From positions 160,001 through 224,000 of the forward strand of contig JAOPTW010000006.1 of NCBI GenBank assembly GCA_051532035.1: a stretch of 64,000 bases of DNA, given 5' to 3'. The notes under the pieces are model-generated. The model made no database searches. It was not told where the DNA came from and was given only the letters and a program-made list of their open reading frames with translations. The number at the start of each line of letters is the position of its first letter. Position 1 is the first letter of the stretch. A program made the translations under genes and the position numbers. Of this stretch, positions 19,922-29,693 are shown piece after piece. This stretch comes from Fibrobacterales bacterium (lineage in GTDB: Bacteria > Fibrobacterota > Fibrobacteria > Fibrobacterales > JAOPTW01).

Positions 19922-20939
19922 GAGTCTTGTATCACTGATTCTTCTGTACATTTTTTTAATTCCATTTCTGACTACTTTTGGGTCGGTTGATATAAGCTTT
20001 GGCAATGTCATTACGGTCATTACCCATAAACTTGGCCTTACCTTTCAATCATTTGATTACTCGATTATCGGAACAGTAAAAGAACAAATCATAATCGACA
20101 TACGCCTACCCCGAGTAATTCTCGCAGGTATTGTTGGCATGATACTCGCCCTCGTTGGCGCTTCGTTTCAAGCAGTGTTTAAAAACCCTCTCGCCGACCC
20201 CTTTGTAATGGGAACATCTTCGGGCGCAGCCCTTGGGATCACTCTCGGTATTTTGTTTGGCATGAGCAGTGAACTTCTGGGTATTAGCATCACCACCATC
20301 TTTGCTTTTATCTGCGCCATACTCACCACCCTCCTTGTCTATCAACTTGCAAAAGTGGGAGAGAAAGTTTCAACAACCTCAATCCTCTTAGCAGGTATTG
20401 TTACCAGTTCTATTATCACCTCACTCATCTCACTCATTATGATTTTTAAACAGGATCAGATATCAAATATCATTTTAATGACTATGGGAAGTTTCAATAG
20501 TGCAACATGGAATCAGGTCATTATTATCGGCCCTCTTTTTATTATAGCATCAAGTATACTCCTTTTTAAAGCACAGGAGATGAATGCTCTCGTTATGGGA
20601 GATATGGATGCACATAGTATTGGGGTAAATGCCAATAAAAATAAAATTATTATTCTCATATCTTCTGCGCTACTCGTTGCACTTGCTGTTTCTGCTAGCG
20701 GTATTATCGGTTTTGTCGGAATTATTATCCCCCACTTACTTCGCCTACTCTTTGGTCCCAACCATAGAACACTCCTGCCCCTCTCTGCCATTAGTGGTGC
20801 AATCTTTTTACTTGTGTGCGACTCATTTTCACGCACCTTTCTCGAAAACACCGAAATCCCTATTGGGATCATTACCGCCCTTTGTGGTGGTCCATTCTTT
20901 CTTATGTTGTTAAAACGCCACAAAAACAGACTCATTTAG
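19890..20939 (+). CDS. btuC: Cobalamin ABC transporter permease (FecCD family)
   Basis: IRLPRV, QAVFKNPLADP, GIIGFVGIIIPH, IPIGIITA..GGPFF. Confidence 0.88.
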   Translation: MVSQSKQFHTKSLVSLILLYIFLIPFLTTFGSVDISFGNVITVITHKLGLTFQSFDYSIIGTVKEQIIIDIRLPRVILAGIVGMILALVGASFQAVFKNPLADPFVMGTSSGAALGITLGILFGMSSELLGISITTIFAFICAILTTLLVYQLAKVGEKVSTTSILLAGIVTSSIITSLISLIMIFKQDQISNIILMTMGSFNSATWNQVIIIGPLFIIASSILLFKAQEMNALVMGDMDAHSIGVNANKNKIIILISSALLVALAVSASGIIGFVGIIIPHLLRLLFGPNHRTLLPLSAISGAIFLLVCDSFSRTFLENTEIPIGIITALCGGPFFLMLLKRHKNRLI

Positions 20940-20946
20940 AGGTACT

Positions 20947-21720
20947 ATGTCTTCACTATTAAAAGCAAAAAGCCTCAATTTTAATTATGTAACTTCACAT
21001 ATATTAAAGAACATACACCTTGATATTGAACCCGGCACCTTTACCTCGATACTCGGCCCCAATGGCTCTGGCAAAACAACGCTTCTTAAAAATTTGTGCG
21101 GTATATTAAAACCTCAATATGGTGAGATTACTCTACACGAAAAACCTATTGAGCTCTATTCAACAGTAGAACTCGCCCAAAACATGGCAGTTATCCATCA
21201 ATCATCTGATGTCCATTTTGATTTCTCAATTTATGATATTGTTATGATGGGTCGGTACTCCCATATGAATTTTTTGCAAAGCGCAACAGATCTTGATTAT
21301 CATATTGTGCAAACTGCAATGCTTGAAACCGATACCTGGAACATTAAAGACAAGTCGATTTATGAAATTTCTGGGGGAGAAAAGCAACGGGTTATCATTG
21401 CACGCTCACTCGCGCAACAATCGGGTATTTTACTGTTAGATGAACCTATTAATCACCTTGATCTCAAACACCAAATCTCGATTCTTTCACTCATTAAAAC
21501 TCTCTCTAAAGAGAAAAACCTTGCAGTACTTACGACGCTCCACGACATAAATATGGCAGCGCGATTTAGTGATTCTATTGTTTTATTAAATAATGGCAAG
21601 GTTGTTACCAAAGGATCCCCTCAACGTGTTCTTACGAAAGAGCACATTGAAAGAATATATGATATTGAGGTTACCATCTCTGAAGATCAAAATGGTAACC
21701 CCTATATTATACCCAATTAG
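20947..21720 (+). CDS. btuD: Cobalamin ABC transporter ATPase
   Basis: GPNGSGKTT, ISGGEKQR, LLLDEP, LHDINMA. Confidence 0.88.
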   Translation: MSSLLKAKSLNFNYVTSHILKNIHLDIEPGTFTSILGPNGSGKTTLLKNLCGILKPQYGEITLHEKPIELYSTVELAQNMAVIHQSSDVHFDFSIYDIVMMGRYSHMNFLQSATDLDYHIVQTAMLETDTWNIKDKSIYEISGGEKQRVIIARSLAQQSGILLLDEPINHLDLKHQISILSLIKTLSKEKNLAVLTTLHDINMAARFSDSIVLLNNGKVVTKGSPQRVLTKEHIERIYDIEVTISEDQNGNPYIIPN

Positions 21721-21726
21721 TGTGAT

Positions 21727-22827
21727 TTACTCAGGAAATACTACTGTAATAGCATTTGGCGAAGGAATTGTTGTGCCAACGGGCCCTGCAAGCAGTGTGT
21801 CTGCTTCATAAACAAGCAACCCAGATGCTGTAGATTTTTGTTCTCCAAAAAGTAACACATCAGTCTCTGAGTGATAATATACCCCTCCACCTATTTCTGT
21901 TTCAGCACCATACGTTTTAACTATTGACTGTGTAGTGAGGTCAAACAATTTCACACTGGTCAAAGGCCATCCACCGCTAATAGTAATAAAAAGCTGTGTT
22001 GCATTTTTTTGGATAAGTGCTGAACCTGAGTTTGAAGGATCACCACCCAACGCTTCATTATTCATGAGAATCGTCGACACTTGAGTTGTTAGATCGATAT
22101 GCTCAAGTCCACCTTCTCCTAAACCATATTTCCCTGAAGATGCAACATAGAGATCATTACCATCAATAACAATATTCGCTGGATTTTTAAGTTGTGGAGT
22201 AATTGTATTTACAATTGTATTTGTATTGATATCAATCACAACAATTTTAGATGTATCAGGTGTCCAATTTGCATCAAACCTTTGCATACTCACGTACAAT
22301 AGATTCCCCACCAAATTAAGGTCAGCAGCATTTGGTGTTGTCAATCCAGGTACTGCATATGCACTCAAATCAATTGAGTCAATAGCAATGCCCGTTGTAA
22401 GGTCCATTTCTACAACATATGGTAATCCATAATAGACCACATACCCCTTAGTATCATTAGCAAAAACAATTTCATACGGGTTGCCATTAACCGCTAAACT
22501 GTTTTGATATGTTACTTCATCGGTTATCGTATTGTATCTTGTAATATTCCCCACTTCACGCTCAAGGATATATACATCAGTACCATAAGTGAATATTCTA
22601 GAATCCTGGTCTATATCAAGTATTGATTCAGACAATGCAAAAGTCGAATCAAGAGACACTGCCCTTAATTGTCCACCTTCTCCATATTCCCCCACGACCA
22701 TATACGCAACACCTGATTCTCTATTTATATGGGCAAGGTCAATACCATCATCATCAGATTCTGTATTAAAAAGACAGGCGTTTAACACTACAAGAAGTGT
22801 TAGTAATAATAGGTGTAATAATTTCAT
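21727..22827 (-). CDS. Putative beta-propeller lipoprotein, BtuG/YncE-like B12-capture protein
   Basis: Lipobox-like LVVLNA-C; propeller-like repeats (NPYEIVFANDTKGYV, NPANIVIDGNDLYV); 8 bp downstream of btuB. Confidence 0.7.
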   Translation of the reverse strand: MKLLHLLLLTLLVVLNACLFNTESDDDGIDLAHINRESGVAYMVVGEYGEGGQLRAVSLDSTFALSESILDIDQDSRIFTYGTDVYILEREVGNITRYNTITDEVTYQNSLAVNGNPYEIVFANDTKGYVVYYGLPYVVEMDLTTGIAIDSIDLSAYAVPGLTTPNAADLNLVGNLLYVSMQRFDANWTPDTSKIVVIDINTNTIVNTITPQLKNPANIVIDGNDLYVASSGKYGLGEGGLEHIDLTTQVSTILMNNEALGGDPSNSGSALIQKNATQLFITISGGWPLTSVKLFDLTTQSIVKTYGAETEIGGGVYYHSETDVLLFGEQKSTASGLLVYEADTLLAGPVGTTIPSPNAITVVFPE

Positions 22828-22835
22828 TTTTTCCT

Positions 22836-24830
22836 CTATTTATTAATGGTAATGTGAATTTTAAGATTTTGCCCTGGAGACGGGTATGCATCGTGAGCAC
22901 TCTCATTAGCACTATATGAAGATGCGATATCATATATTCCCGCAGTGAGCATTGAATTTTTTGATACTTTCATTTTAAGAAATACATCATGTTGAGACGC
23001 AGGCTTACTTTGCCTAGTATTACTCAAGTCACGATACATGCTTGATTGATATGCATATCCATATCCTACTGTTAAATTATGCACTGTGTACTCTACAGTA
23101 TTATCTAAAGTGAAAAATGGAACGTAGGGTAAGAGTTTATTTCTTGAAGAAGGTTTATTCGTCAAATTTTCAGAACCCTGAATAGTCAATGCACTTTTAT
23201 TAAAAAGCCTTTTAAATAGTAATGTCGTCAGCATCATTTCTATTCCATTTACATACACCTTATCTTCATTAACATACTTCATTATGCCACCAGAATATTT
23301 ACGCCCCACCCAATCACGAACTTCTTTTGAAAAATATACGACCTCAGCCTGAATATTTTTACGCTCAAACCTAACCCCCGCCTCCCATTCAAAACTTTTT
23401 TCCGGCTTAAGCGTATCATTTGCACGAATGCCATTGTTAGTTCCATAACGCTCTTCAATCGAAGCGATTCGATAATTCGAACCCCCAATAGTAAACAATA
23501 CCACATCCCCGATACTCTCTGAATGTATTGAATAATGCAAACCAGCACTATAACCCATATTCCAATAATTATCATGATTAAGTAGTTCACGCTTATCCCA
23601 GATGCTACTTACCAAAAGTCTACTATGTACTGTAACTGATTCTACAGGATAATAACTTATCTCAGTACTACTTTTTACTGACTGCCTTCTCGCTTCAAAT
23701 GATTGATCAATCGTACTACCCGACACATATTGCGGCACTAGGTTTTCATTTGAATACAACGCTTTTGTATAAAGCAACCACTGTTCATTTGGCATAATTC
23801 GCCATGAAATAAATGGAACAAAAGAAAAATTAAGTCGTTCTGCCTCTGTATCCTGATTAACATACCTAGGATAATCATCATGAAAAATAGAATGCTTTAC
23901 CTGCATGAGATTACTTTCTATTCCAGCCATCAACTCAGGGTACCACGCACTATACCAACGTTTTTTATAATGCGCTAACACGCTCCCCTTCAAGGAACGA
24001 ATTGTTGATTTATTTGTAACCGTATACTCTTTACCAGCAAGACCTTTCGAATTATAGTCCCCTTGTATTTTAAAAACAATTGAACCACCGAGAACTTTAC
24101 CTGTGACAATTTCTGCTCCACTAATTGCAGTATAGTCATCATTCATCCGTTGCATTACTGAATCATCGCCAGGGTTATAAATATTACCCTTCCTATTTAA
24201 AAACTTAAAGTCATTATCACTATGTATCACACTTACCATACTTTGAGAAGTAAGTTTTTGACTAAGCTTCGCCGTATAACTTATAGTATTGTGAAATGTT
24301 TGAAAACTCCCCAGAGACATATCGACACGAGTACTCTCTTTTTGGTTTTTCTTAGAAATTAAATTGATCACCCCTCCAACAGAGCTCACGCCGAACTTCG
24401 CAGGTATGAAACTTTTATATATTTCAATACGTTCATACAGTGAAAGATCAATTTTCCCTAAATCAACTGCCCCCCCTGCAGCGCTATTTATTGGCACATC
24501 ATCAATACATACCATAACTCGAGAACCACTTTGGCCTCGAATGGTCACACTTTGAAAAGAACCAATGCCCCCAAATTGTCTCGTTTGAACAGCAGTCTGT
24601 TTTGCTAAAATATCTGCAAGACTATTTTCTTTACCCAACCACTCAGACTCTTTAATAATTACCGTCGATTGATTTTTGTAAAGGGTTGAGGCTGTAGGGA
24701 GTTTTTCAGATACTATGATGGTATCACTCGGCAGAGCAAAACCGCTTGTGCAAAGAGAAAAAAACAGTATCACCACATAAATATATGTGTTCCACAAAAA
24801 AGAGTTGGAGTGCCAAACGTAAAAAGCCAT
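22836..24830 (-). CDS. btuB: TonB-dependent receptor for cobalamin
   Basis: Plug motifs (IRGQSGSRVMVCIDDVP, ERIEIYK, GGVINLISK), LKPEKS, C-terminal PSPGQN; directly behind a cobalamin riboswitch. Confidence 0.85.
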   Translation of the reverse strand: MAFYVWHSNSFLWNTYIYVVILFFSLCTSGFALPSDTIIVSEKLPTASTLYKNQSTVIIKESEWLGKENSLADILAKQTAVQTRQFGGIGSFQSVTIRGQSGSRVMVCIDDVPINSAAGGAVDLGKIDLSLYERIEIYKSFIPAKFGVSSVGGVINLISKKNQKESTRVDMSLGSFQTFHNTISYTAKLSQKLTSQSMVSVIHSDNDFKFLNRKGNIYNPGDDSVMQRMNDDYTAISGAEIVTGKVLGGSIVFKIQGDYNSKGLAGKEYTVTNKSTIRSLKGSVLAHYKKRWYSAWYPELMAGIESNLMQVKHSIFHDDYPRYVNQDTEAERLNFSFVPFISWRIMPNEQWLLYTKALYSNENLVPQYVSGSTIDQSFEARRQSVKSSTEISYYPVESVTVHSRLLVSSIWDKRELLNHDNYWNMGYSAGLHYSIHSESIGDVVLFTIGGSNYRIASIEERYGTNNGIRANDTLKPEKSFEWEAGVRFERKNIQAEVVYFSKEVRDWVGRKYSGGIMKYVNEDKVYVNGIEMMLTTLLFKRLFNKSALTIQGSENLTNKPSSRNKLLPYVPFFTLDNTVEYTVHNLTVGYGYAYQSSMYRDLSNTRQSKPASQHDVFLKMKVSKNSMLTAGIYDIASSYSANESAHDAYPSPGQNLKIHITINK

Positions 24831-24869
24831 ATCTCGTACTTTGACCCGAAGATCGAGATTAAAGGGTTG

Positions 24870-25035
24870 TATATGGCAGGTCTTCTGACTTAAGCTTCAT
24901 CCTACTACCGATGCCTTCCCACACTATAGGTGTAGTGGCGTAATGATTTTCGGTTTCGTCTGCTTTTACAGCGGCGGGACCGTTTGCGAGTTTCACGCAA
25001 TTCCCTGTTAGGCCCTTCCGGGCACCATAATTTCA
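24870..25035 (-). promoter_or_regulatory. Cobalamin riboswitch
   Basis: Minus strand: GGTGCC..AACAGGGAA..GTGAAACTC..CGGTCCCGCCGCTGTAA..GCCACT..GGGAAGG..AAGTCAGAAGACCTGCC (B12 box). Confidence 0.95.
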
Positions 25036-25132
25036 GAGCAATGGTAGCTATATTGGCCAGCAATGTAAAGTGGCCCTCGGGAAATTAGATCTAAAAAGGT
25101 ATATTTACAGCACCACCCATTAAGGAGATGAG

Positions 25133-25996
25133 ATGACCTTTTTTGACTCGTTGGAACAGCGTATTACTACTGTAGGCAACCCTATTTGTATGGGCATGGA
25201 CCCTGTACTCAGTAAAATCCCTTTCGAAGGGAGCTCCCCCGAAGAGACCATTAAAACATTCTACATGACCCTTCTTGAGGCTATGGATGCTGAAAACATC
25301 TATCCTGCTGCCGTAAAACCCAATAGTGCCTATTACGAAGCTATCTCAGTTTCTGCTATGCAGGTACTGTACGACCTCATTGAAGCATATTCTGAGCGGG
25401 GAATTCACATCTGTTTAGATGCAAAACGTGGTGATATTGGCAAATCATCTGCAGCCTACGCAAAAGCCGCTTTTGACGTCTATAAAGCCGATTCTGTTAC
25501 AGTATCACCCTATATGGGCGAAGACTCAGTAAAGCCTTTCTCGGAGTATGCAGAAGGGAAAGGGGTATACATGCTCCTCAGGACATCAAACAAAGGTGCA
25601 CAAGACATCCAGGATATTCTCACCACAGATGAGACACAGCTCTTTTATTCAGTAGGTAAAAAGCTCCTTAATTGGAATGAAAATGATGCCCTGGGTGCAG
25701 TTGTAGGTGCTACAAATACCCAAGAGATGGAAAACATCACCCGCTTTTTTGTTGAGGCTGGAAAAGAGATCCCTTTTCTTATTCCTGGTATCTCAGTGAG
25801 TGGAGTCCCTGGTCAACAAGGTGGCGATATTCAAAGTACCCTTACTGCACTTAAAAATGGGGGCAGCACTCGTAATTTCCACCTACTCAACAGCTCAAGT
25901 GGACTCAATTATGCCTACCAGGCATTCACAGGCCTCTCCTATGAGCAAGCATTTATTAAGGCACTTCAGCAACTTGTTGCCGATTGTACGCCTTAA
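25133..25996 (+). CDS. pyrF: Orotidine-5'-phosphate decarboxylase
   Basis: CMGMDP, AVKPNSAYYE, LDAKRGDIG, VTVSPYMG, RTSN, GAVVGAT, LIPG. Confidence 0.93.
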   Translation: MTFFDSLEQRITTVGNPICMGMDPVLSKIPFEGSSPEETIKTFYMTLLEAMDAENIYPAAVKPNSAYYEAISVSAMQVLYDLIEAYSERGIHICLDAKRGDIGKSSAAYAKAAFDVYKADSVTVSPYMGEDSVKPFSEYAEGKGVYMLLRTSNKGAQDIQDILTTDETQLFYSVGKKLLNWNENDALGAVVGATNTQEMENITRFFVEAGKEIPFLIPGISVSGVPGQQGGDIQSTLTALKNGGSTRNFHLLNSSSGLNYAYQAFTGLSYEQAFIKALQQLVADCTP

Positions 25997-26064
25997 AACA
26001 AGAATGTATGGCCTTTTTAGAATAATATGATATAATAAAACAAATTATTCTTGGGTCTTTTCGT

Positions 26065-27294
26065 ATGGGCGACAAGCCAACCATTCTCTATGTTGATGAT
26101 GAACTAGAAAATATCACCGTTTTTAAAGCGACCTTTAAGCGGCATTATAAGGTTATATCTGCGCTTTCAGGTAATGAAGGCCTTAATAAACTTAAAGAGA
26201 ATGACGTTCAACTTATAATATCTGATCAAAAAATGCCCGAAATGACTGGTGTTGAGTTTTTTCAGACCACCTTACAAGACAACCCCGACACCCCACGTAT
26301 TTTACTTACCGGCTATACCGATATTGAGTCTCTCATTGATGCCATTAATAAAGGGTACATTTTTCAGTATGTGTCCAAACCCTGGAAGTTTGAAGACCTC
26401 AAAATGATTATCGATAGAGGGCTCGAACAAAATGCATTAAAAAAAGAGAACAAGTCACTTATCGAACGATTAAGCCAACACAATGAAGAACTCGAGCAAC
26501 TCGTTGAAGATCGTGTGAGTGATCTTCGGGCATCATACCAAGAGTTAATAATTGCAAAAGAAATAGCAGATGAATCGAATCAGGCCAAAAGCCTTTTCCT
26601 TGCAAATATGTCTCATGAGCTTCGCACGCCGCTCAGTGCCATTCTAGGATACAGCGAACTCATAACTGAAGACCTTGAAGATTCTGAAGATGAGATTGCT
26701 GAGACTATTATTCCTGACTTAGAAAAAATCCACCTTTCTGCAGAGCACCTTTTAACCATTATTAATGAGATACTCGACTTTTCAAAAATTGAATCAGGAA
26801 AAATGGAAGTCAATATTGCTGAAATTGAAATAAAAAGAACGATACATGACATAATTAATAATGTACAGCCTCTTGTGGATAAAAACAGTAATACTCTCGT
26901 TATTGAACTTCCCGATGCAGAGATGACACTCATTTCTGATTACCAAAAAGTAAAGCAAAGCATTATCAACCTTTTAAGCAATGCTGCAAAATTCACCAAA
27001 GAGGGAACAATTACTCTCAGTGTTTCCCTCATAGATCCAGGCATGCTCCGTATCAGTGTGACCGATACTGGTATTGGCATAAATGCCGACACCATCGAAT
27101 CAATCTTTACCCCTTTTACCCAAGCAAATGCAAACATTTCAACACTATACGGTGGCACAGGGCTCGGCCTCAGCCTTACACGTAAAATAGCAGAACTACT
27201 GGGAGGCTCACTCACTGTTGAAAGTGTTGAGAACGAAGGGTCTACTTTTCACTTCACCATTCCTCAACATGGTGTTATTCCTGCATCTCATTAG
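26065..27294 (+). CDS. Cytoplasmic REC-histidine kinase
   Basis: ILYVDDE, IISDQKMP, KPW; FLANMSHELRTP, NAAKFT, DTGIG, YGGTGLGL. Confidence 0.92.
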   Translation: MGDKPTILYVDDELENITVFKATFKRHYKVISALSGNEGLNKLKENDVQLIISDQKMPEMTGVEFFQTTLQDNPDTPRILLTGYTDIESLIDAINKGYIFQYVSKPWKFEDLKMIIDRGLEQNALKKENKSLIERLSQHNEELEQLVEDRVSDLRASYQELIIAKEIADESNQAKSLFLANMSHELRTPLSAILGYSELITEDLEDSEDEIAETIIPDLEKIHLSAEHLLTIINEILDFSKIESGKMEVNIAEIEIKRTIHDIINNVQPLVDKNSNTLVIELPDAEMTLISDYQKVKQSIINLLSNAAKFTKEGTITLSVSLIDPGMLRISVTDTGIGINADTIESIFTPFTQANANISTLYGGTGLGLSLTRKIAELLGGSLTVESVENEGSTFHFTIPQHGVIPASH

Positions 27295-27357
27295 AAATTT
27301 TCTATTGTCCAAACTGATCATCTCATTTTCATTTATTCGATAACCAATGAACCGAAA

Positions 27358-27744
27358 TTATAACGTGCGATTCAATTGTTTTTCAATTTTCTCGAGTAAG
27401 GATTTAATCACAATAGGCTTAGTCTCAAAGTCGTCACACCCTGCATTCATCGCTTTTTGCCTATCCGATTCCTGGGCATATGCAGTAAGAGCCACAATAG
27501 GAGTTGCACCGACTTCACTATGCTCTCGAATAGTCTTTGTCGCTTCATACCCATCAATTTCAGGGAGGCCTAAATCCATTAAGATAAGGTCGGGCTTTTC
27601 GGATATAGCCAAATCAATCGCTTCACGCCCGTTAAATGCAGGAACTACATCATAGCCCTTTCGAGTAAGTCTGCGTTGCAGCATCTCACTATTAATTTTA
27701 ACATCCTCGACTAATAATATCTTAGCCAAACTAACCTCGTCCAT
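27358..27744 (-). CDS. Single-domain response regulator (DivK/CheY-like)
   Basis: ILLVED, PDLILMDLGLP, IVALTA, AGCDDFETKP. Confidence 0.92.
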   Translation of the reverse strand: MDEVSLAKILLVEDVKINSEMLQRRLTRKGYDVVPAFNGREAIDLAISEKPDLILMDLGLPEIDGYEATKTIREHSEVGATPIVALTAYAQESDRQKAMNAGCDDFETKPIVIKSLLEKIEKQLNRTL

Positions 27745-27840
27745 TAGATTTGTTCTTACTTCTAATACTACAACTAATCCCCATTAATTGCACCGTTTTT
27801 TTCGGAATCAATAATCCCATTCATTTTCACTTTTTGCTCT

Positions 27841-27867
27841 TAAAATTCTCGCAATTTCTGCCGTTAT
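27841..27867 (+). promoter_or_regulatory. Putative sigma28 (FliA) promoter
   Basis: TAAA-N15-GCCGTTAT versus consensus TAAA-N15-GCCGATAA; ~55 bp before ATG 27922. Confidence 0.5.
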
Positions 27868-27921
27868 TCGATATACTCTAAGCAAGTATTGTAGGCGTGA
27901 ATACCATTGAATTGGCTCTCT

Positions 27922-28356
27922 ATGAAACAACTTTTATATAAAAATGTAAAACTCATTCTCCTAGTCATACTAGTCATAGGGTCAGCCTTTGGCTCAGGTG
28001 AAGATATTATTCTCGTTGTATCTAAAGAAAGTACAGTGGACTCAGTATCAGAATCAGAAATAAAAAAACTTTACTTTGGCAAACAAGCATTACTCAATAC
28101 TCAATTCACTACGCCTACTATTTTAAAAATTAAATCGACTCATAAAAAATTCCTCGATACCTTCCTTAAAATAAACACGCGACAGTTTGCACGCATTTGG
28201 CAAAAACTTGTATTCACTGGCAAAGCACAAATGCCTAAACAGTATACATCAGAGAGCGGTCTTATTGAAATGCTCCAAGAAAACCCCAATAAAGTTGGAT
28301 ACATTCAAAGGAAAAACATCACCGAAACCATAAAGGAATTAGAGGTGACTCCATGA
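27922..28356 (+). CDS. Small exported binding-protein-like protein, copy 1 (family often labelled 'phosphate ABC substrate-binding')
   Basis: Signal peptide; IILVVSK, IKKLYFGK, WQKLVFTGKAQMP, NPNKVGYI. Confidence 0.8.
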   Translation: MKQLLYKNVKLILLVILVIGSAFGSGEDIILVVSKESTVDSVSESEIKKLYFGKQALLNTQFTTPTILKIKSTHKKFLDTFLKINTRQFARIWQKLVFTGKAQMPKQYTSESGLIEMLQENPNKVGYIQRKNITETIKELEVTP

Positions 28357-29684
28357 ACTATTTTTACTCTCTCCTATTCGTAATATCGTGTACAAGTTCA
28401 CTCTATTCAAAAGGACTTGCTATTCATGGAAGTATATCACAAAGCTATATACACTCAATTGATAATAATTTTGTGTTTTTCGGGTCTGAAGGTGGATCAC
28501 TTAATTACTCTGAAGCGTACATCAATTTTACACAACAATTTGATGGGCGCCTACACTTTGGAATACAGCTTGCTGCACGAAGCTTTGGCACCGAAGAGAA
28601 ATTTGAACCAAAGGTTGATTGGGCTTATGGCGACTACCGGCTTCATGAGCTATTAGGTATTCAAATAGGAAGTATTAAGGTCCCTTTTGGCATTTATAAT
28701 GAGGTACGAGATATAGACTTTGCCCGCCCAAATATTTTACTCGACCAAGGTATCTACCCTGAAAGCTTTAGAATGGCACTTGATTCATACACAGGAGGCT
28801 CACTCTACGGTTCCCTAGAATTCTCACCCTGTATATTTGATTATCGCATCTACTTCGGGGCTACAGACATACCTGACAACTATACCAGTGTTCAGACAGT
28901 AAAAAATCTCTATAACTCCCCTAACACTTCAATTAGTGATGCATATATGGGGGGTTCTCATTCACAACTCTTAATTGGCGACCACCTTTCTCTTGGTCAC
29001 ACCTACCTCTTTCTCCAGGCCTACGATGATTTAGAATCAGAAAATCTTGGTAGTAATTTTAGTCAAATAGAGTCTGTCAATCCCGAGGAAGCAGGACTTA
29101 TACAAGCAACTCTCGATGGCCCTTTAAGCTACACCCCTCAGGCACACCGCTTTACGATGCAAGTAAATATTGCAAGTCTAGAGTTTCGTTTTGAAAAACT
29201 TACTCTTGCCGCAGAGTATGAATACTTCACCTTAAAAACCTTCGCATCTGATAAACTAAAAACAAAGATTATTGAAATTGGTCAACAAAGTCCTTTTATT
29301 CAATACAACCCACACAATCTAACACAAGACAAGATAGAAGCCATTCCGCATCAAGTCGCCGCACTTTTGATTAACAATGATGTGATTACCAAACAAGCCG
29401 GGTATCTCCACCTCTTTTATCAATGGCATGATCGCTTTGGCACCCATACAGGCATTGGGTATGTTACTCAAGAAAACACCAATAGTAACAACCCCGATCA
29501 AAATTTTAGAATTAGCGAACAATGGAGTTATGTCGCTGGTTCACATTTTTATATCACCGACAATTTTATGATTAAAGGCGAGTATCACTATTTTGATGGT
29601 GAGTACAGCTCGTATAGACCAGTAGGAAAAAATCCACAATCAGATGGACACCTTTTTATTGCACGTGGGTCCTATCTATTTTAA
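28353..29684 (+). CDS. Outer-membrane beta-barrel (porin-like), copy 1
   Basis: Signal peptide; VDWAYGDYR, KVPFGIYNE.RD; KGEYHY; C-terminal SYLF beta-signal. Confidence 0.8.
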   Translation: MNYFYSLLFVISCTSSLYSKGLAIHGSISQSYIHSIDNNFVFFGSEGGSLNYSEAYINFTQQFDGRLHFGIQLAARSFGTEEKFEPKVDWAYGDYRLHELLGIQIGSIKVPFGIYNEVRDIDFARPNILLDQGIYPESFRMALDSYTGGSLYGSLEFSPCIFDYRIYFGATDIPDNYTSVQTVKNLYNSPNTSISDAYMGGSHSQLLIGDHLSLGHTYLFLQAYDDLESENLGSNFSQIESVNPEEAGLIQATLDGPLSYTPQAHRFTMQVNIASLEFRFEKLTLAAEYEYFTLKTFASDKLKTKIIEIGQQSPFIQYNPHNLTQDKIEAIPHQVAALLINNDVITKQAGYLHLFYQWHDRFGTHTGIGYVTQENTNSNNPDQNFRISEQWSYVAGSHFYITDNFMIKGEYHYFDGEYSSYRPVGKNPQSDGHLFIARGSYLF

Positions 29685-29693
29685 GGAGATACT

